The position numbers were made by a program, and so were the translations under genes. 64,000 nt of DNA from Dictyostelium discoideum (taxonomy: Eukaryota), in assembly GCA_000004695.1 (NCBI GenBank), contig CM000154.2, positions 960,001 to 1,024,000 of the forward strand, read 5' to 3'. This document shows positions 1-14,923 of this stretch, one piece after another. Under the pieces are notes generated by a model. It was given only the letters and a program-made list of their open reading frames with translations. It was not told where the DNA came from and searched no databases. Every line of letters begins with the position of its first letter. Position 1 is the first letter of the stretch.

Positions 1-41
1 AAAAAAACTAATTAGTTTTAACTTAATTTTTTAAAAAATAT

Positions 42-1683
42 TTAAAAAAACAAACACTTACATTGATTTGGTAGAATATTAAAATTATCATTTTGAAAAC
101 TATAATTATTACCTGTAGTTGAAGATTTGAGTTGTTGCAAAAATGAAACTTTGGTTTGGAAATTAAAGTTTGTTCCATGTTTAAAACCAAATGGAAAATA
201 AAATATTTTTTGTATTTGTTCTGTGATGCATCTAATCATTGTATAATCATATTTACGTGTTGAATTTCCAAACAATGTGAAAATGAAAGTATTTACTAAA
301 TTTGTTTCATTCGGTGGTGTATATATAATATTAAATTTCCCACTAATATACAATGGTAACTCTATATACAAACAAAAAATATAATAGAAAAAATATAATA
401 ATCGGGTATCATTTAAGAACTATTAATAAATTGGAAAAAATAAATAATGATTTGTTATTTTTTAAAAAAAAAAATCCTACCTGTCATATTATAAGTTATA
501 TTAAAAATTGGTAAAAATTTATCATCATATTGACAAAAAACTGTAACATGTGAAGGATAAAATTCTGAAAGCTTTCCTAAATAAGTTAAATCTCCATTTT
601 TACTTTGGTATATTGGAACTGGACGATCCACTGAACTCGATTGGCCAATACTATATATAAATGGATTTTTATTGGTTGCATTTGATGTAAACTTATAAAG
701 AGGAAAAGTGTTTACTCCATACTGAATAAAATTGTCAATTTTCGAAGGATACGTTATAATTTGGGTATTTTTATTATTGGAATCTTTTTTTAAAAAATAA
801 AAAATAAATTAATTATTGTGCTAATTTTTAAAAACAAAAATAAAAATGAAAATAAAAAATAAAAAAAATTAAAATTAAAATAAAATTAGCTGGTAATACT
901 CACTTTTATAATCAACCTGAGGAAAAGTGATATTTATATAATTTTCATCCCAAAACAAAATATTTAAAGAATTATACTCATTAAAATTTATTGTTGAATA
1001 AATTGCAAAGAAACTCATTCCTTCTCCAAATGTACTAGTGTATGAATTATTATTAGATGGTGTATATATACTTTGAATTGGAGATTTTACATTAAAAAAA
1101 AATACTGCTCCCATATTAAAAATTGAATTTGAAGTTGAGTTATTATTATAAGTAAACACGGTATAATTTAATGTTTTGGGATCAATCACTTTATATTTTT
1201 TAATTTTGATTAAAAATAGTAAAATATTAATATATTTATATTAGTTTTTTAATTTTATTTTATTTATTTATTAATTTTTTACAAACATTGACAAGAATAA
1301 TTTATAGTTATACTATTATTTATTGAAGAATCATTTGAAAAACTTGTAAAAATGGTTGGTGAATAATTTCCAGCAAAAACATGGTAAACTTTTACTCCAA
1401 TTACTTGTGCTGTTGAATTAGAAAATAGTGGTGTAAAATTTATACTTGGTTCAAAATCAATTGTATAAACATTGAAATCTTGTCCACTATTTGAATTATC
1501 TACCAATAATAAAAAAAATACAAAATCACATTGTGTTTCATATGTGTCTGAGGGATATCTTGTATATGTGTCAACTTTTTTTTTTGAAATATCATATATA
1601 TCAATTATTGAATTTTCTGATTTTATTTTACAAAAACAAAAAACAAATAAAATTAATAGAAAAATAATAATATTTTGTTTCAT
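42..1683 (-). CDS. Probable multi-exon gene for a secreted protein of unknown function; exon structure only partly resolved
   Basis: The 5' exon 1279..1683 (-) opens with a classic signal peptide (MKQNIIIFLLILFVFCFCKIKS). Downstream open exon-like segments are at 875..1189, about 530..790 and 42..371 on the same strand. A GTGAGT donor follows ...YKS E at about 890. Junction phases could not all be reconciled without cDNA. Confidence 0.3.
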
Positions 1684-2124
1684 TGTGAAATATAATTTTT
1701 TATTATTCTTTGAAATAAAATGAATAAAATTTTAAATAATTTACTAAATCAAAAAAAAAAAATCAAAAAAAAAATTAGTCATTTTAACATTTTTTTTTAA
1801 AAAAAAGTATTCTGAAGATATTTTTTTTAATAGAATATTCCCAAGGTGGCATGTAAATTAAAAAAAAAAAAAATGGGCCATATTATCATAAAAAATATCA
1901 CAAATCAACAAAAAGAATCAAAGATTGATATTTTTTTTTGATTTTTTGAGCAATAAAAAAAATTAAAAAAAAAAATATAGTATAAAAAAAAATAAAAATC
2001 TTTTAAAAATAGATATTTGTGATCAAGCAAAAAAATAAAAAATATCTGGAAAATAATTCTAAAAAAAAAAAAAATAAATAAAATAAAAATAAAATTTATT
2101 AAAGAATAAATAATTTAATTAATT

Positions 2125-3302
2125 TTATTGTTGTTGTTGTTGTTTTTTTTTTATATTTTGATTAATATTTTGAGTTTCACCATCCTTTAAACCAATTTTA
2201 ATCATTTCTGCAGAATATTGGAAACCTAAAATATAACCAGGAAGTTTTTGACCGGGAGTATAGATGTTTAAAGTTGCATTTGGAAAAGCCATATAAACAT
2301 TTTCAATATCCTTTAAATGAAAGTTTTTTGTGATTATTGAACTTTCACGCATTAAAACTTCAATGGTATGCATTGAAGAAACATTTTCCATTGGTTCTAG
2401 TGGACCCATTAAAATTACATCGACTATAACATCGGTTGCACCAGTGTCATAACATAAACGAACGGTATCTGTAATTGGTGTCATATAACTAACACCACCA
2501 TCACAATAGTTATAACCATTCTTTGTAATCATTGGAAAAACCGCTGGTACAGAAGAGGAAGCTACAACACCTAAACATATATCTGGGTCTGTTTTGTTGA
2601 ATCGATTGAAATCACCTGTATCAATATTTGTTGCACCAATGAGAAATCCTCTGTCTGATTGTAATAGACTTGTAACATTTACTAATGTTGTCATTAAATT
2701 TAATAATGGTGTTGTATCGAATAATCCGGATTTAAATAATAATCCTTCGATTGGACCATCTTTCCAATTAACATAAACATCATCTCTTGTAATACTTAAC
2801 CATTGTTTCTCTAAAAAATCACGTCCACTTGTTTCGTCACCTACTGAAAACATTGACATACCAATTGCATTAATACTACCAGCTGATATACCTGTTGCGA
2901 ATTGCCATTTATAATCTTCAGGTTCTCTTACATTTAATATACCCATAACAACACCTGCTTCCCATGCTATATATAAAATTTTTTTTTTTTTTTTTTGTTT
3001 GTCAATTTTATTTTATACTATTTTATTTTTATTTTAATTTGAATTTAATTTAATTTAATTTTATTTTATTTTGTTTATCTGATTTTATTTTATTTATCTT
3101 ATTTTATTTTATTTTATTTTATTTTATTTTTATTTCATTTTATTTTTATTTTATTTTATATTTTTTTTAATTTAAAAAAATTACCTCCTCTATCTCCTGC
3201 TCCTGAAAAAGTAATTGCTCTGCATGTTGTTGATTGGGAAAGAACATTATCAATAAATAATAAAAAACATGAAAGTAATATTATTTGTGCATTTTTTATC
3301 AT
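2125..3302 (-). CDS. Secreted patatin-like phospholipase (2 exons: 3185..3302 and 2125..2966)
   Basis: Exon 1 encodes signal peptide MIKNAQIILLSCFLLFIDNVLS plus the glycine-rich oxyanion loop SGAGDRGG. GTAATT donor at 3184 and atatAG acceptor at 2967. Exon 2 carries the GxSxG lipase motif (GISAG) and the DGG catalytic-dyad motif (YCDGGVSY), and ends ...KKKQQQQQ*. Confidence 0.75.
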
Positions 3303-3823
3303 TTTTATTTTTACCACTGTGGTTTAAAATTATAATAATAAAAAAAAAAAAAAAAAAAAAAATTAAAGTACAATTGCAATTAAGACGTTCCAAAAAATGA
3401 AAAAAAAATGATTTTTTTTTTTTTTTTTTGATCCCAAAGATATTTATTTGAATGTTAACAAAAAAAAAAAAATAACTGATCATGAAACGAATTAATATTA
3501 TTTGAAAAACTTTTTTTACCATTTAAAAAAAAAAAATAAAATAAAAAAAAGATAAGCAAAATAAAATCAGATAAATTAAAAAAAAAAAAAAAGGTGAATT
3601 AAGTGTATCTTAAAATTCTATTACTCTATTACAATCTTTATTTGTTTACTTTGAAATAAAAATTTGAATTTTTTTTTTTTTTTTTTTTTTCCAAATTTGA
3701 AATTTAATAATTAATTTATTTAAAAACTTTATTTACATTCTTTATTTTTAAAAAGTAATTATTTTTATTATTTTATTATTATTTAAAATTTTAGATAATA
3801 ATCTTTTCTTTTTTTTTTTTTTA

Positions 3824-4551
3824 TTAATTTAATAATTTTAATAATTTATCAACTTGTACACCAATTGAGTTATCTTTTTTTGAAGCTTCAGTAATTAAAA
3901 ATTTAATTTTATCAAAATTTGAATTAATAATTTTAAATTTACCACCTGTGACTACAATATCTTCTAAAAGATCTAAACAAGATTTTTTTACAGCTTGATA
4001 TTTTGTATAATTTAAAGTTTCAGCAATTGTTGAGAATAATTTGATAATATTAGTTTCATCAAGGTAAAAGTTAGAACTTTCAGAGCAATCATCTAATGAC
4101 CAAATTGATTTAACGAAACAAGATAAAGCATAAAGTATTGATTGTTGTTCACTCCATAAACTTGAAACTAAATTATTTAATAACGAATCAGCAATTGATA
4201 GATTCTTTAATTTTGTTTCTTTAGTTGATGCTTTGAAAGAGTCGCCAATTACATTATAGATTTGAGTTCTAATTAAAGCTTTCATTGGTCTTAATTTTAA
4301 TTCATCTTTGTCAATCTCTTCTTTAGGGTCAACATTCATTGACTCTTCAGTTGATTGATTAAAAACAAATGGATAAAACTCTTCAATAACTTTATCATAA
4401 ATATCAATAGTATTAAATGATTTTAATATTATTGATAAATTTGTAATTGCTTTTCTTTTATATTCTAAATCATTCTTTTTACATTCATTAAACATAATAT
4501 TTACAATTTCTGATGGTGTTGGAATATTATTACCATTATTACTACTACTAC

Positions 4552-4584
<33 letters not shown>

Positions 4585-7500
4585 TTGAATCAATAATAGT
4601 TTTTGAACAAATTGTTGATAAAGTTGATAATGAACCTAATAAAGAATCTTTACCAGGATAAGTTCTACCTTTAAGACCTTGAACAATTAAATTTAAAATC
4701 ATTGGTAAATGAGTATCAATCATATTTCTAATATCATCGGTTAAACTTGATAAACATAAAGCAGCTTGTTCCTTTGTTGACCAAGTACCACTATTCATAT
4801 TGGTAGTGATTAATTTTATAATTTCATCAGAATATAATTTAATTGAACCAATTGAATTATCATCCCAAATTGATTTATATAGTTCAGAGATTTCTTTCTT
4901 TGGATGTGATTTATAGAAATAAAGGAATGGTATAACATCAACATTGAAATTTGAAATCTTTGAAGGACAATTCTTGAATAACTCTTTATAGATCGTACCA
5001 ACTATTATTAAATTATCTTCCAATTGTAATGGATCAGAATCTGCTGATACTAAACTTGAAATTCTATCTAAAAGTTGACCCATTAGCTTGGTTGGTGATT
5101 TCGAAAGAATATGTGAGAGAGCAACAATGAAATGTTTTCTAATGGTTGGTGATTTATCAATGACAGAAGGGAACATTGTGTTAATCAACTTTGTTAGGGA
5201 TTGTTCTGGTAAATCATTGATTGGTGCAGTTTTCGATTGGAATAAAGCCCCAATGAATTTAGCAACACCAACTCTGGTGATAATACCAACACTAAATTGT
5301 ACCAATTGATTGAGATTTGCCAATACTTGAGTAATATTTGAATCGTCGATATAACGTTGACAAACTTCTAAAATATCATTTAATGGTGAAGTTTTTGAGA
5401 TTTCAACTCTCATAGATTCCAATTGTTCTTGTGAAACGTTCATTGATTCAGCATGAAAACTTGCATAATTGAAACTTGCAGGCTCTAAACTACTCAACGA
5501 TTCCAATAGCACAGTGATCATATCGGGTATGTATGGAGTTAGCAATTGTTTTGAACTCTTTGAAATTCTAACCAATTGTTTAATTGAGAATTGTTTGACC
5601 TCGTTGGAATCATTTGAAATACCTTTGTTAAGTATGAATGGTAAGATCAACTTCAATACCTCTTTGGCTTTACTTGGTGAAGTATAGGCAGGATCACATA
5701 AACGAGCTGAAACATTACCAATTGATTTCATTGAAACTTCTGCTGCCTTTCTAACAGATTCTTTTATATCATCCAATGTTCTGAAACTCATAAAGAATAT
5801 CTCCTCCAAATAGGGTAAAATCTGTTCTGGTGTTGCATTTTGAATTGTATCAGGAATGGCGGAACAACTTGCCTCTCTAACTCTCCAAGCAGTTGTACCC
5901 ATACCTTGTAAGACCTCTTTTAATATCGGTTGGAAATATTGTGGGAATAAATCTTTTTGATCGATTAATGCATTAAGAATACTCTTCATTGAAGCGGCCA
6001 TCTTTGGATTTGGATCATAAACGAATCTATAGATCTTTGGAATTAATGATGGTAGCAATGGAGCCAACTCATCCTTTGCTTTGGATGCCAATGATACGAT
6101 TGCAAATGATGCACCTTTCTTTGAATTCCAAATTTGGTGATGAGTTGATAAATTCATCAACTTATAGACCATATCAGGTTTACCAAGATCATTGGCAACG
6201 GATGTTAACTCCTTATAGGTCAACGCTGACCCAGTTTTATTACCACCATTAATTGTACCCTCTGGTAAGAGTTCAGTTGAACCAGGTGCTTTTTGAGTTG
6301 GTTTACCACTTAATGTTTTACCAAGATTTGATACTAAAAATTCTTTAAACTTTGGATCAATTGATGAATCATAAACCAATGTTATACCTTTGGATGCAAC
6401 ATCTTGAGTTAATTCATTATTATCAGATAACAATGAAATGAAACCATTTTGAATCAAAGGTAATTGTGGTTGTACAAATGGTAATTTACCAAAATTCTTT
6501 AATAAACATACCATCCAAATACCAGCTGAACATCTTGTAATTGGTGATTGTCTATCTGAAAAATAATTTGTTAAAATTCTATCAAATGTTTTAATAATAT
6601 TTTTACTTTCATCATCACCACCATCATCATCATTTCCTGAATTATTATTATTATCATCATCAATTAACATATTTGATTGACTACCTAAAAATTCAATTTC
6701 TTTTCTTTTTTCAGATAAAATTTCTTCAGTTGAAAATGGTGAAAAAGGGAAAATTGATTGTTTCATTTTATGACCACCAATAATTAATGATAAAGTTTCG
6801 CCAATTGTAAATTGCATCTCTTCATTTTTATTATTTACCAATTCAAAGAGAGAATCTACAACTTTTTCTTTAAATTCTTTTGAATCATTATCACTATCAC
6901 CAAAACAAATCCAACCCAATGCTTGAATTGAACCCTCTGCTAAATTTCTTTCACTTGATGCAGTTGATTTAACCAATTGAATTAGCTTTGAAATGATTTT
7001 TAATTTCTCATCCAATGTTGAAAATGGCAATGATTTATAAACACCAACTAAACCAATCGATTGAACTGTACATAATTTAATTGCTTGATTATTATGATCA
7101 ATGAATCTTTCAAATATTAAATTTATAAATTTCTTTACCACACTTTCTTGATTGATTTTTTCAGATTGTTGTTTTCTATTGAAATTTGAAATCATTGATG
7201 CCAATGATAACATTGAACCATAAACTTCGATTACATCATTATCAAACTCAACCTTTTTCATGAACTGATTAATTAATTCATCCAATTTCTCTTTATTAAA
7301 ATAAAAACTAATTAAACCAATCATTTTAGAATAAAGATCTTTAAATAGTGGTTTTGAAGATTGAATTAACTTTTCAATTAAACCTAATTTCGCTGGTGAT
7401 TGAGCAAATTGTTCAATGACTTGTTCATCTAAATTCATAAGATCCAATAATGAAGTTGAACTAACCAAAGCAACTTCATCACCAATTTTACTTTGTAAAC

Positions 7501-9107
7501 CAATTTCAATGAATGATAAATACTTTTCAATGCTATCTTTATCTAAGCTATCCATTACGTATTGTGATGTAGTTTGGCCATTTAATAATGCTGATTTTCT
7601 TAAACACTTTCTTAACAACTCCAACATATTCTCATAAGACATTGCAGAGAATCCAATTTGTAATCCACCTTGAAAGTATTTTGATTTACCACCACCACCA
7701 GAACCTGTATTTGATTTTATCAACTCTTCACGACGGTCAATTATATAATTTAATAATGATTTAAAATCTGGATAAATTTGTTTTGATTCTTCAATCGTTG
7801 GTGGAATCATCATATTACCTTGATGTTGGTATGGTTCTAAGCCTCTCTTTGCTTCCTCTCTAATGTCAGGTCTTGAATCACCACTGAAAATCAAACTGAT
7901 ATAACGTGATCTAATATCTTGAAATGGGAAACAATGTTGTGCCCATTGAAGACATATCGTACGGATTTGATATTCACTATTTTCATAACCATGTACAAAT
8001 GAATTTAAAATACTAATTAACTGATCACCAATCTCTTTAGATGGCTCGATGAACGCTTCTCTCATCATAACTAGTGAATCTTGAATTGATATTGCCACCA
8101 TTGACTCTTCGGTGGTGACTTTTCTCATTAGCTTACCAATCAATTGAATATCGTTCTTGAATAGATCCTTATTACGTTTACATAATAAACCCAAAGACAT
8201 ATAGGTAAATGATTTCAATTCATTAACCTCTTTACTTGTACTACCGGAATTCTCCAACTCATCGATTAACTTTAACAAACCAGAGAAAATCACAGGACCC
8301 ATAGTTGATAACTGTTGATCTGATGAATGTCTAAATACCCATTGAACAAATATCATTGCCGATTGCTTCAATTTCATTGTTGTTGATGAGCCATAAATAC
8401 TATCAAATATAACATGTAATGTCAACGAGAATTGGTTTGCTGCTACAATCGATTTACAAAAGTATTGTAAAATTCTTTCTTTAAGAATTGGTGATGCTTC
8501 TTGTCTTCTTTGATCTAATGGTATTTCAGGTTGAGTCTGTTGTTGTTGTTGTTGTTGTTGTGATTGTTTTTTTGAAGCAATAGCTTGTGAACCTAAAAAT
8601 ATTGAATACATTTGTTCAATCAATTCACTATTCTCAAATTTAACTTTTGATAATCTTTTTATGAAATCTTCAGCTTTCTTTTGAACCTCTTGAAAATTTG
8701 AATCAACCGATGCAACCAAGAAATGTAAGAATATATCATTCTCTTGTTGAATCACTCCACTTGATAATACATTCAATATTGCTAATTTCCTTTCATTCAA
8801 TTGATTGAAATCATACTTATTCAATTGTTTACCCATTATTCTTTGTAATGATACAGAACTATGACATGGTGGTATACCACCAACGATTGCCTTACTTTGT
8901 GCTTCTGGTGGTGGTGTTATTAAAAAATCAAAAAAGAATGATAATATAATTTTACTCTCTTTTTCATTTCTTAAAAATTCAAATAATTCATTCTTTTCTT
9001 TTTCATTCTTTGGAATTTGAACTGAAATTAATATCTTTTTTTAAAAAATAAAAAATAAAAAATAAAAAAATAAAATTAATAATAAAGAAATGATAATAAA
9101 GAAATGA

Positions 9108-9138
<31 letters not shown>

Positions 9139-9573
9139 AATACATACAGATAAAATTATATGACAAAATATATCTTGATGTAATGATTGTAATTTATTAA
9201 TATCCTTTGTAATTTGAGAAAGAAATGGAACTTTTGAAGTTGGTGATAAAGTTTTAAAACCTTTTTCAATATAAATGATTGCAAAGTTCTTAACCATCAT
9301 TGATTTCTCTTCATTATGATAAAGTGATAAAAGTTTGTCAATTGGAAATTGAATATTTGAAGTTACCATGGATCTCTTGTTTATATTGCTTAATACTTCC
9401 ATAACTTTCTTTTTAACTAATTCATCATTATAATTTAATTTCTCTATAATTACATCTAAATATGATTCCAAAAATTTTTCAAATGATGTTTCTGTATCAA
9501 TTAATGCGAATCTAAATAAAATATTATTTAATTCTTTTATAATTTCATTTGGTTGAAATGTTGTTGTTGTCAT
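3824..9573 (-). CDS. Proteasome adaptor ECM29 homolog (HEAT/ARM-repeat, about 1875 aa; exons 9144..9573 and 3824..9021)
   Basis: The N-terminal exon MTTTTFQPNEIIKELNN...KKKVMEVLSNINKR matches the ECM29 N-terminal signature (human ...RKKVMELLVHLNKR...). Donor GTATGT at 9143; 122-bp intron; tttcAG acceptor at 9022 with phase 1. Further ECM29-like blocks (LLDFL..., QMYSIFLG) continue through the 1670-aa ORF. Confidence 0.8.
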
Positions 9574-9695
9574 TATTATATAAAAATAATAATATAAATA
9601 TAAATATATATATATAAAAAGTAATAAAAATAAAAAAAAAAAAATATAAAAAAAAAAAAAAAACAAATTTATGTATATAAACTGCCAATATTAAG

Positions 9696-9732
<37 letters not shown>

Positions 9733-10395
9733 AAAAAAAAGAAAAAAAAATTTTAATTTAAGTTGAACATCACAAAAAATTAAAAAATAAAATAAAAATT
9801 AAATTAAATTAAATTAAAATTTTTTAAAAAATATAAAAAATAAAAAAAAATTAAAAAAAAAATTCAATTATAACACAACTAATTATGATCACTTAAAATT
9901 TTTTTTATTTTTAATCTTAATTAACTAAAAAATATATGTAAAAAGATTTCCATATAAAATACAAAAATTTATTTTAAAAAAATTTTCATTTAATTTGGTT
10001 TCCGATTCATCAATTCCCAAAAAAAAACAAAAAAATTAAAAAAAAAAAATTAAAAAAAAAACAAAATAAAAAATAAAATAAAAAATAAAAAAAAATAAAA
10101 AAAAAAAATAATAAATAAATTAAAAACAATGAATAGTTTAAAAAAAAATTTTTTTTTCACTTATTTGTAAAGACCCCTTTTTCAAACACACAATTTTAAA
10201 CAAATAATAAAAAAAATACAAAAAAAAAAAAAAAAAAAACAAAAAAACAGAAAAAAAAAAAAAAAAAAAGTTCATATAAATTATTTGTATATAATCAAAC
10301 TATAGAGATCAATAGTAATTTAACATAAAAAAAATAAAAAAATAAAAAAATAAAAATAAAAAAGAAAAAATAAAAAAGAAAAAAGAAAAAAAAAA

Positions 10396-11989
10396 ATGGG
10401 AACAGGTTCATCAAGAGAACAACATTTAAATAGTTTTAATACATTACAAAAAGAAACTGTACCATTTTCATCAGATTTGTGGAAAACAATTCTTTCACAA
10501 AATCTTGAAGATGATTCTTTGTATCTTGAAAATTTAAAAAAATTAAAAAATGAAAGACCTGAGAATCTAGCAACTTTTATAAAAAAAGTAAGAGATTTAA
10601 AAAAAAAAAAAATAAAAAAATAAACAAATAAATAAAATAAAAAAAAAAAAAAATATCTTCTAATTTTTTTTTTTTTTTTCTATTAAAATTTTAGTTAGTA
10701 AATCAATTAGTATTAGTAAAAGGTTTACAAAGAGAAACTAATACACCTGGTGATTTTCAATTAACTTCTATATCATTATCTTACTTATCAAGAATTTTAC
10801 CAATTGTATTCGAAAGTGGAGATGATTTCGCTGATAAAGTCTTTTGGTTAAATGAAGGTATTGAACCATTATCACATCCATCTGCAAAAATCTCAACCCC
10901 TCCTTCAATAACAACAACAAAAACCACTGAAATAATAGAAGAACAAGAAAAAAAAGATCAAGAAAATAAACAAGTTGAAGAGAACAAAGAAAATGAAGAA
11001 AAAAAAGATGAAGAAAAAAAAGATGAAGAAAAAAAAGATGAAGAAAAAAAAGATGAAGATAAAAAAGAAAATAAAACAACAACTACCACAACCACAACCA
11101 ATACTACTAATAATACAAATAATAATAATAATTCTGATGAATCATCATTTGATACAACACCGTTGGCAGTTAAATTAATGGATAGTTTATTAGATTTATT
11201 ATTTTTCCCAGGATTTACAGTTACTGAATCATTAGGTTTAAAGTCTCCAAAGGAAGCATCACCAGATGCAATACCAGTATTATTTAGTTGGGCCGGTGGA
11301 TTTGGTGTTGATAGTGTCCCAACCGTTCATAATAAACAATTTTGGATAAATCGTTTATCAGTATTACAATGTTTAATCACTTGTTTATCTGAACAATTGT
11401 ACGTACCACAAGATTCTGTTTCAACATTCAAAAGTAAATGGTTAGATTGGATAACTCATACTCAAGAATATTATACTGAAGCATTGTTATTCTCTTTAAT
11501 CAATACATTTGCAACATTTGATCCAATAGGTTGGGGTATTCCATACAATCACTTAATGTATTCAGATGATCATGAAATTTGTTCAAAATTATCAATTCAA
11601 ATTTTAAATGTACTTTTAACATATGATCCAATTGAAAATAATGATCAACAACCACAACAACAGCATCATCATCATCAACAACAACATCATCAACAACAAC
11701 AACAACAACAACAATCAACAATTGAATGTAGAAATAAATTTATTCAATATATAAAAACATTGAAAAGAGTTAGAGATTTTAAATTCTTTTTTAATGCATT
11801 TGAAAGAATTATGAATGTTCCATTAATTGCAAGTCATACAAAATTACCAAATTCAACTAAAAAAATAGAACTTCATCAAGATTTAACCTATACAATGTGG
11901 TTATTCCTTTCATATAATCATGTATGTTTTATTATTTAATTATATAATTTGAACTATTATTTGTATTATTTAATTTATATTAATATTAT

Positions 11990-12029
<40 letters not shown>

Positions 12030-13445
12030 TTAATAATTTCTAAAAGGATTTTTTAAGATCAATTGTTAATTATGAAAATTCACCAGAATTTTTAATACCA
12101 TTATTACAATATATGGATGAAGGTAGAAAAAGTCAAACAACACATGGTATAGTTCAAATTGGTACATTTATTTTATTACTTTTAAGTGGTGAAAGAGATT
12201 TCTCAATATCATTGAATAAGCCATTCGTTGGTCGTATTCATATTGATATTCAACAACCTCAAGTTTATTCAGATTTTGTTATCACTGTTATGTATAGATT
12301 ATTGGTCGATACACCAGATCGTTTAGAGAGTATATATGAATGTGTTTTAACGATCCTTTCAAATCTATCACCCTACATGAAGAATCTTTCAATGGTAACT
12401 TGTGTCAAATTGATGAAACTCTTTGAATATCTATCAACTCCAAGATTCTTATTCGCAACAAATCATAACTATCGTTATGTTGGCTTCTTATTGGAATCAT
12501 TGAATAATCTATTACAACATCAATATGAAAGTAACACTCGTTTAATCTATGCAATTCTTAGATGCCAAAATCAATTCTCAAAATTGGCTTACCTTAAAAT
12601 TAGTCCTGTAACCCCTTCAAAACCAATGGAGCAAATCACTCAACCATCACCAATTTCAACCAGTGAAGAAGCATTTGGTAAATTAAATAAACTTTCAATT
12701 TCTGAAGAACCATCAACATTATCAAATGAAAAATCTGATAAAACTACTGATGGTGGTGATCATCAAGATGAATCAATTTCAAAGTCAAAGGTTCAAAGTA
12801 AACCAACTACTGAACATCCAAATAGTACTGGTGCAACACCATCCTCAACAAATTCAGGAACACCAACTATCAAAGCTTTTTCAAGTACAACACCAAATCA
12901 AGAATCACCAAAATTGGGTGGTGATGGTATAGACTCTCAATCATCCACTCCAAATAAACAACAACTACCTCCACCACCACCACAACAAACAAAGAAAACC
13001 CAAATGGTATCTCATTTCATGCCAACTGATGAATGGTTACAAGATATTAAAAAACAATTACCATTAGATAATATCTTAAAAGTTATAACTCATTTATCAC
13101 CACAAATTCAAGGTTTATGCACTGGTTCGTAAGTTAAAATTAAAATTTTTTTTTTTTTTTAGATTTTTTTATTATTACCCTTCTAACATTTTTTCATTTT
13201 TATACAAAAAAAAAAAAAATATTAAAAGGGGATCTGACGAACAAAAAATCATGGACTACTTGAAAATGTCAACAATTGTTGGCATTTTCCATAACCCAGG
13301 TCCAATAATGACTCGTCGTTATCATTCAAATGCTATTACAAAATCTTGGTTCATTGCATACATGTGGTGTATCATTTATTTAGAAAATCATTCACCTCCA
13401 TTATTCCTTCACACAAATATTAAATTATTCCAAGTTAAACAATAA
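10396..13445 (+). CDS. HID1/DYMECLIN-family protein (4 exons: 10396..10587, 10695..11921, 12067..13128, 13229..13445)
   Basis: MGTGSS... N-terminus (myristoylation-type Gly2) and PENLATFIKKV resemble human HID1 ...PSNLATLCYKAV. Exon 2 begins LVNQLVLVKG...LSRILPIVFE (HID1 LVNQ...LSRVLPVVYE). The C-terminal exon RRYHSNAITKSWFIAYMWCIIYLENHSPPLFLHTNIKLFQV matches HID1 RKYQANSGTAMWFRTYMWGVIYLRNVDPPVWYDTDVKLFEIQ. Donors GTAAGA, GTATGT and GTAAGT, all phases consistent. Internal acidic KKDEE repeats and Q/H tracts. Confidence 0.8.
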
Positions 13446-13741
13446 AAATAAAAAAGAAAAAAAAGAAATAAAGAAAAAAAAAATTTTAAATAAAAGTAAA
13501 TAAAATTCAATTAATTGGTACAAACTTGCTCCTTTTATTTTCTATTATTTTTTTTTTTAGTTAAAGTCATCGTTATAACAAGTAAATGCTTATTTTACCT
13601 TTATTTTTATTCTTTTTTTTATTTTTTTATTTTCATTATTTCAAAAGATTTTTGGTTTATAAAATATTGTTTTGTTTTTTTTAAAATGTAAAAATATTAA
13701 AAATTAATCTATTATAATAATAAATAAATAATGATAATTTA

Positions 13742-13857
<116 letters not shown>

Positions 13858-13986
13858 AAAAATTAATTTTATACCAAAATATAATTTTCAAAGAAACTAA
13901 TTAATAAATAGAGAAAAAAGTAATAAAAATCCGAAGTGACATGTAATTTTTGCTTAAACATAAAATTTAATTTAATTTTAAAATTT

Positions 13987-14021
<35 letters not shown>

Positions 14022-14124
14022 AATTTTTATTTTTTTTTTTTTGTATAAATATAGATTTTTTTTTTTTTTTTTTAAAAAAAAAACATTATTTTTATTAATA
14101 AAAATAGTAGAGTAAAAGAATAAA

Positions 14125-14881
14125 ATGACATCTGAAAAGCCAAAAGAATTCCAAGATAAATTTGGAACTGTAGGAAAATCTTATAAAACCTTTAGACCAA
14201 CTTACACTGAAGAACTTTATTCAATTATTGATTCTTATTGTGACTCAAAAAGAGATCTTGCAATTGATTGTGGATGTGGATCAGGCCAAGCAACTGTCAA
14301 ATTAGCCAAATACTTTAAAAAAGTCATTGGTAAGTTTTTTTTTTAAAAAAAAAAAAATAAAATAAAATAAAATAAAATAAAATAAAATAAAATAAAATAA
14401 AATAAAATAAAATAAAATAAAATAAAATAAAATAAAATAAAATAAAATAAAATTCTTCCAAATATTCATAAATTCTTTTAGGATTTGAACCATCACAAGG
14501 TCAAATTGAAAATGCAGTAAAAACAGAAAATGTAGATTTTAGATTATCTCCAGCTGAAAAAATTGATTTACCAAGTGGTTCAGTTGATTTAATTACTGTA
14601 GCAACTGCAGTTCATTGGTTTGATTTACCAGTATTTTATCAAGAAGCAAAAAGATTGCTTAGAGATAATGGATCTTTGATCCTCTTTACAACTGGTTTCA
14701 TCCAAATTCTTAACAATGATGAAGCTCAAAAAATTAATGATAACGTAATTTATTATTTACTTTTACTACTATTTTTTTTTTTTTAACTTTTATTCCTTTT
14801 TTTATTTCTTTTTATTTTATTTCTTTTTTAAATTTTATAGATTTAATTTTTTTAAAATTTTTATAAACTAAATTAAACTAA

Positions 14882-14923
<42 letters not shown>

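Noticed and set aside
3250-3522. ORF 3250..3522 (-) 90 aa
   Set aside because: It is an out-of-frame overlap of the patatin-like gene's signal-peptide exon and its poly-T intron; low complexity.
10768-11178. ORFs 10768..11082 (-) and 10975..11178 (+), MKKKKMKKKK-type
   Set aside because: They overlap the KKDEE acidic/basic repeat of the HID1-family exon 2 in the wrong frame or strand.
13251-13445. Separate 64-aa gene MDYLKMSTIV...
   Set aside because: It is the terminal exon of the HID1-family gene, joined through the TC|GTAAGT donor at 13129 and the aaaAG acceptor at 13228; this matches the HID1 C-terminus.
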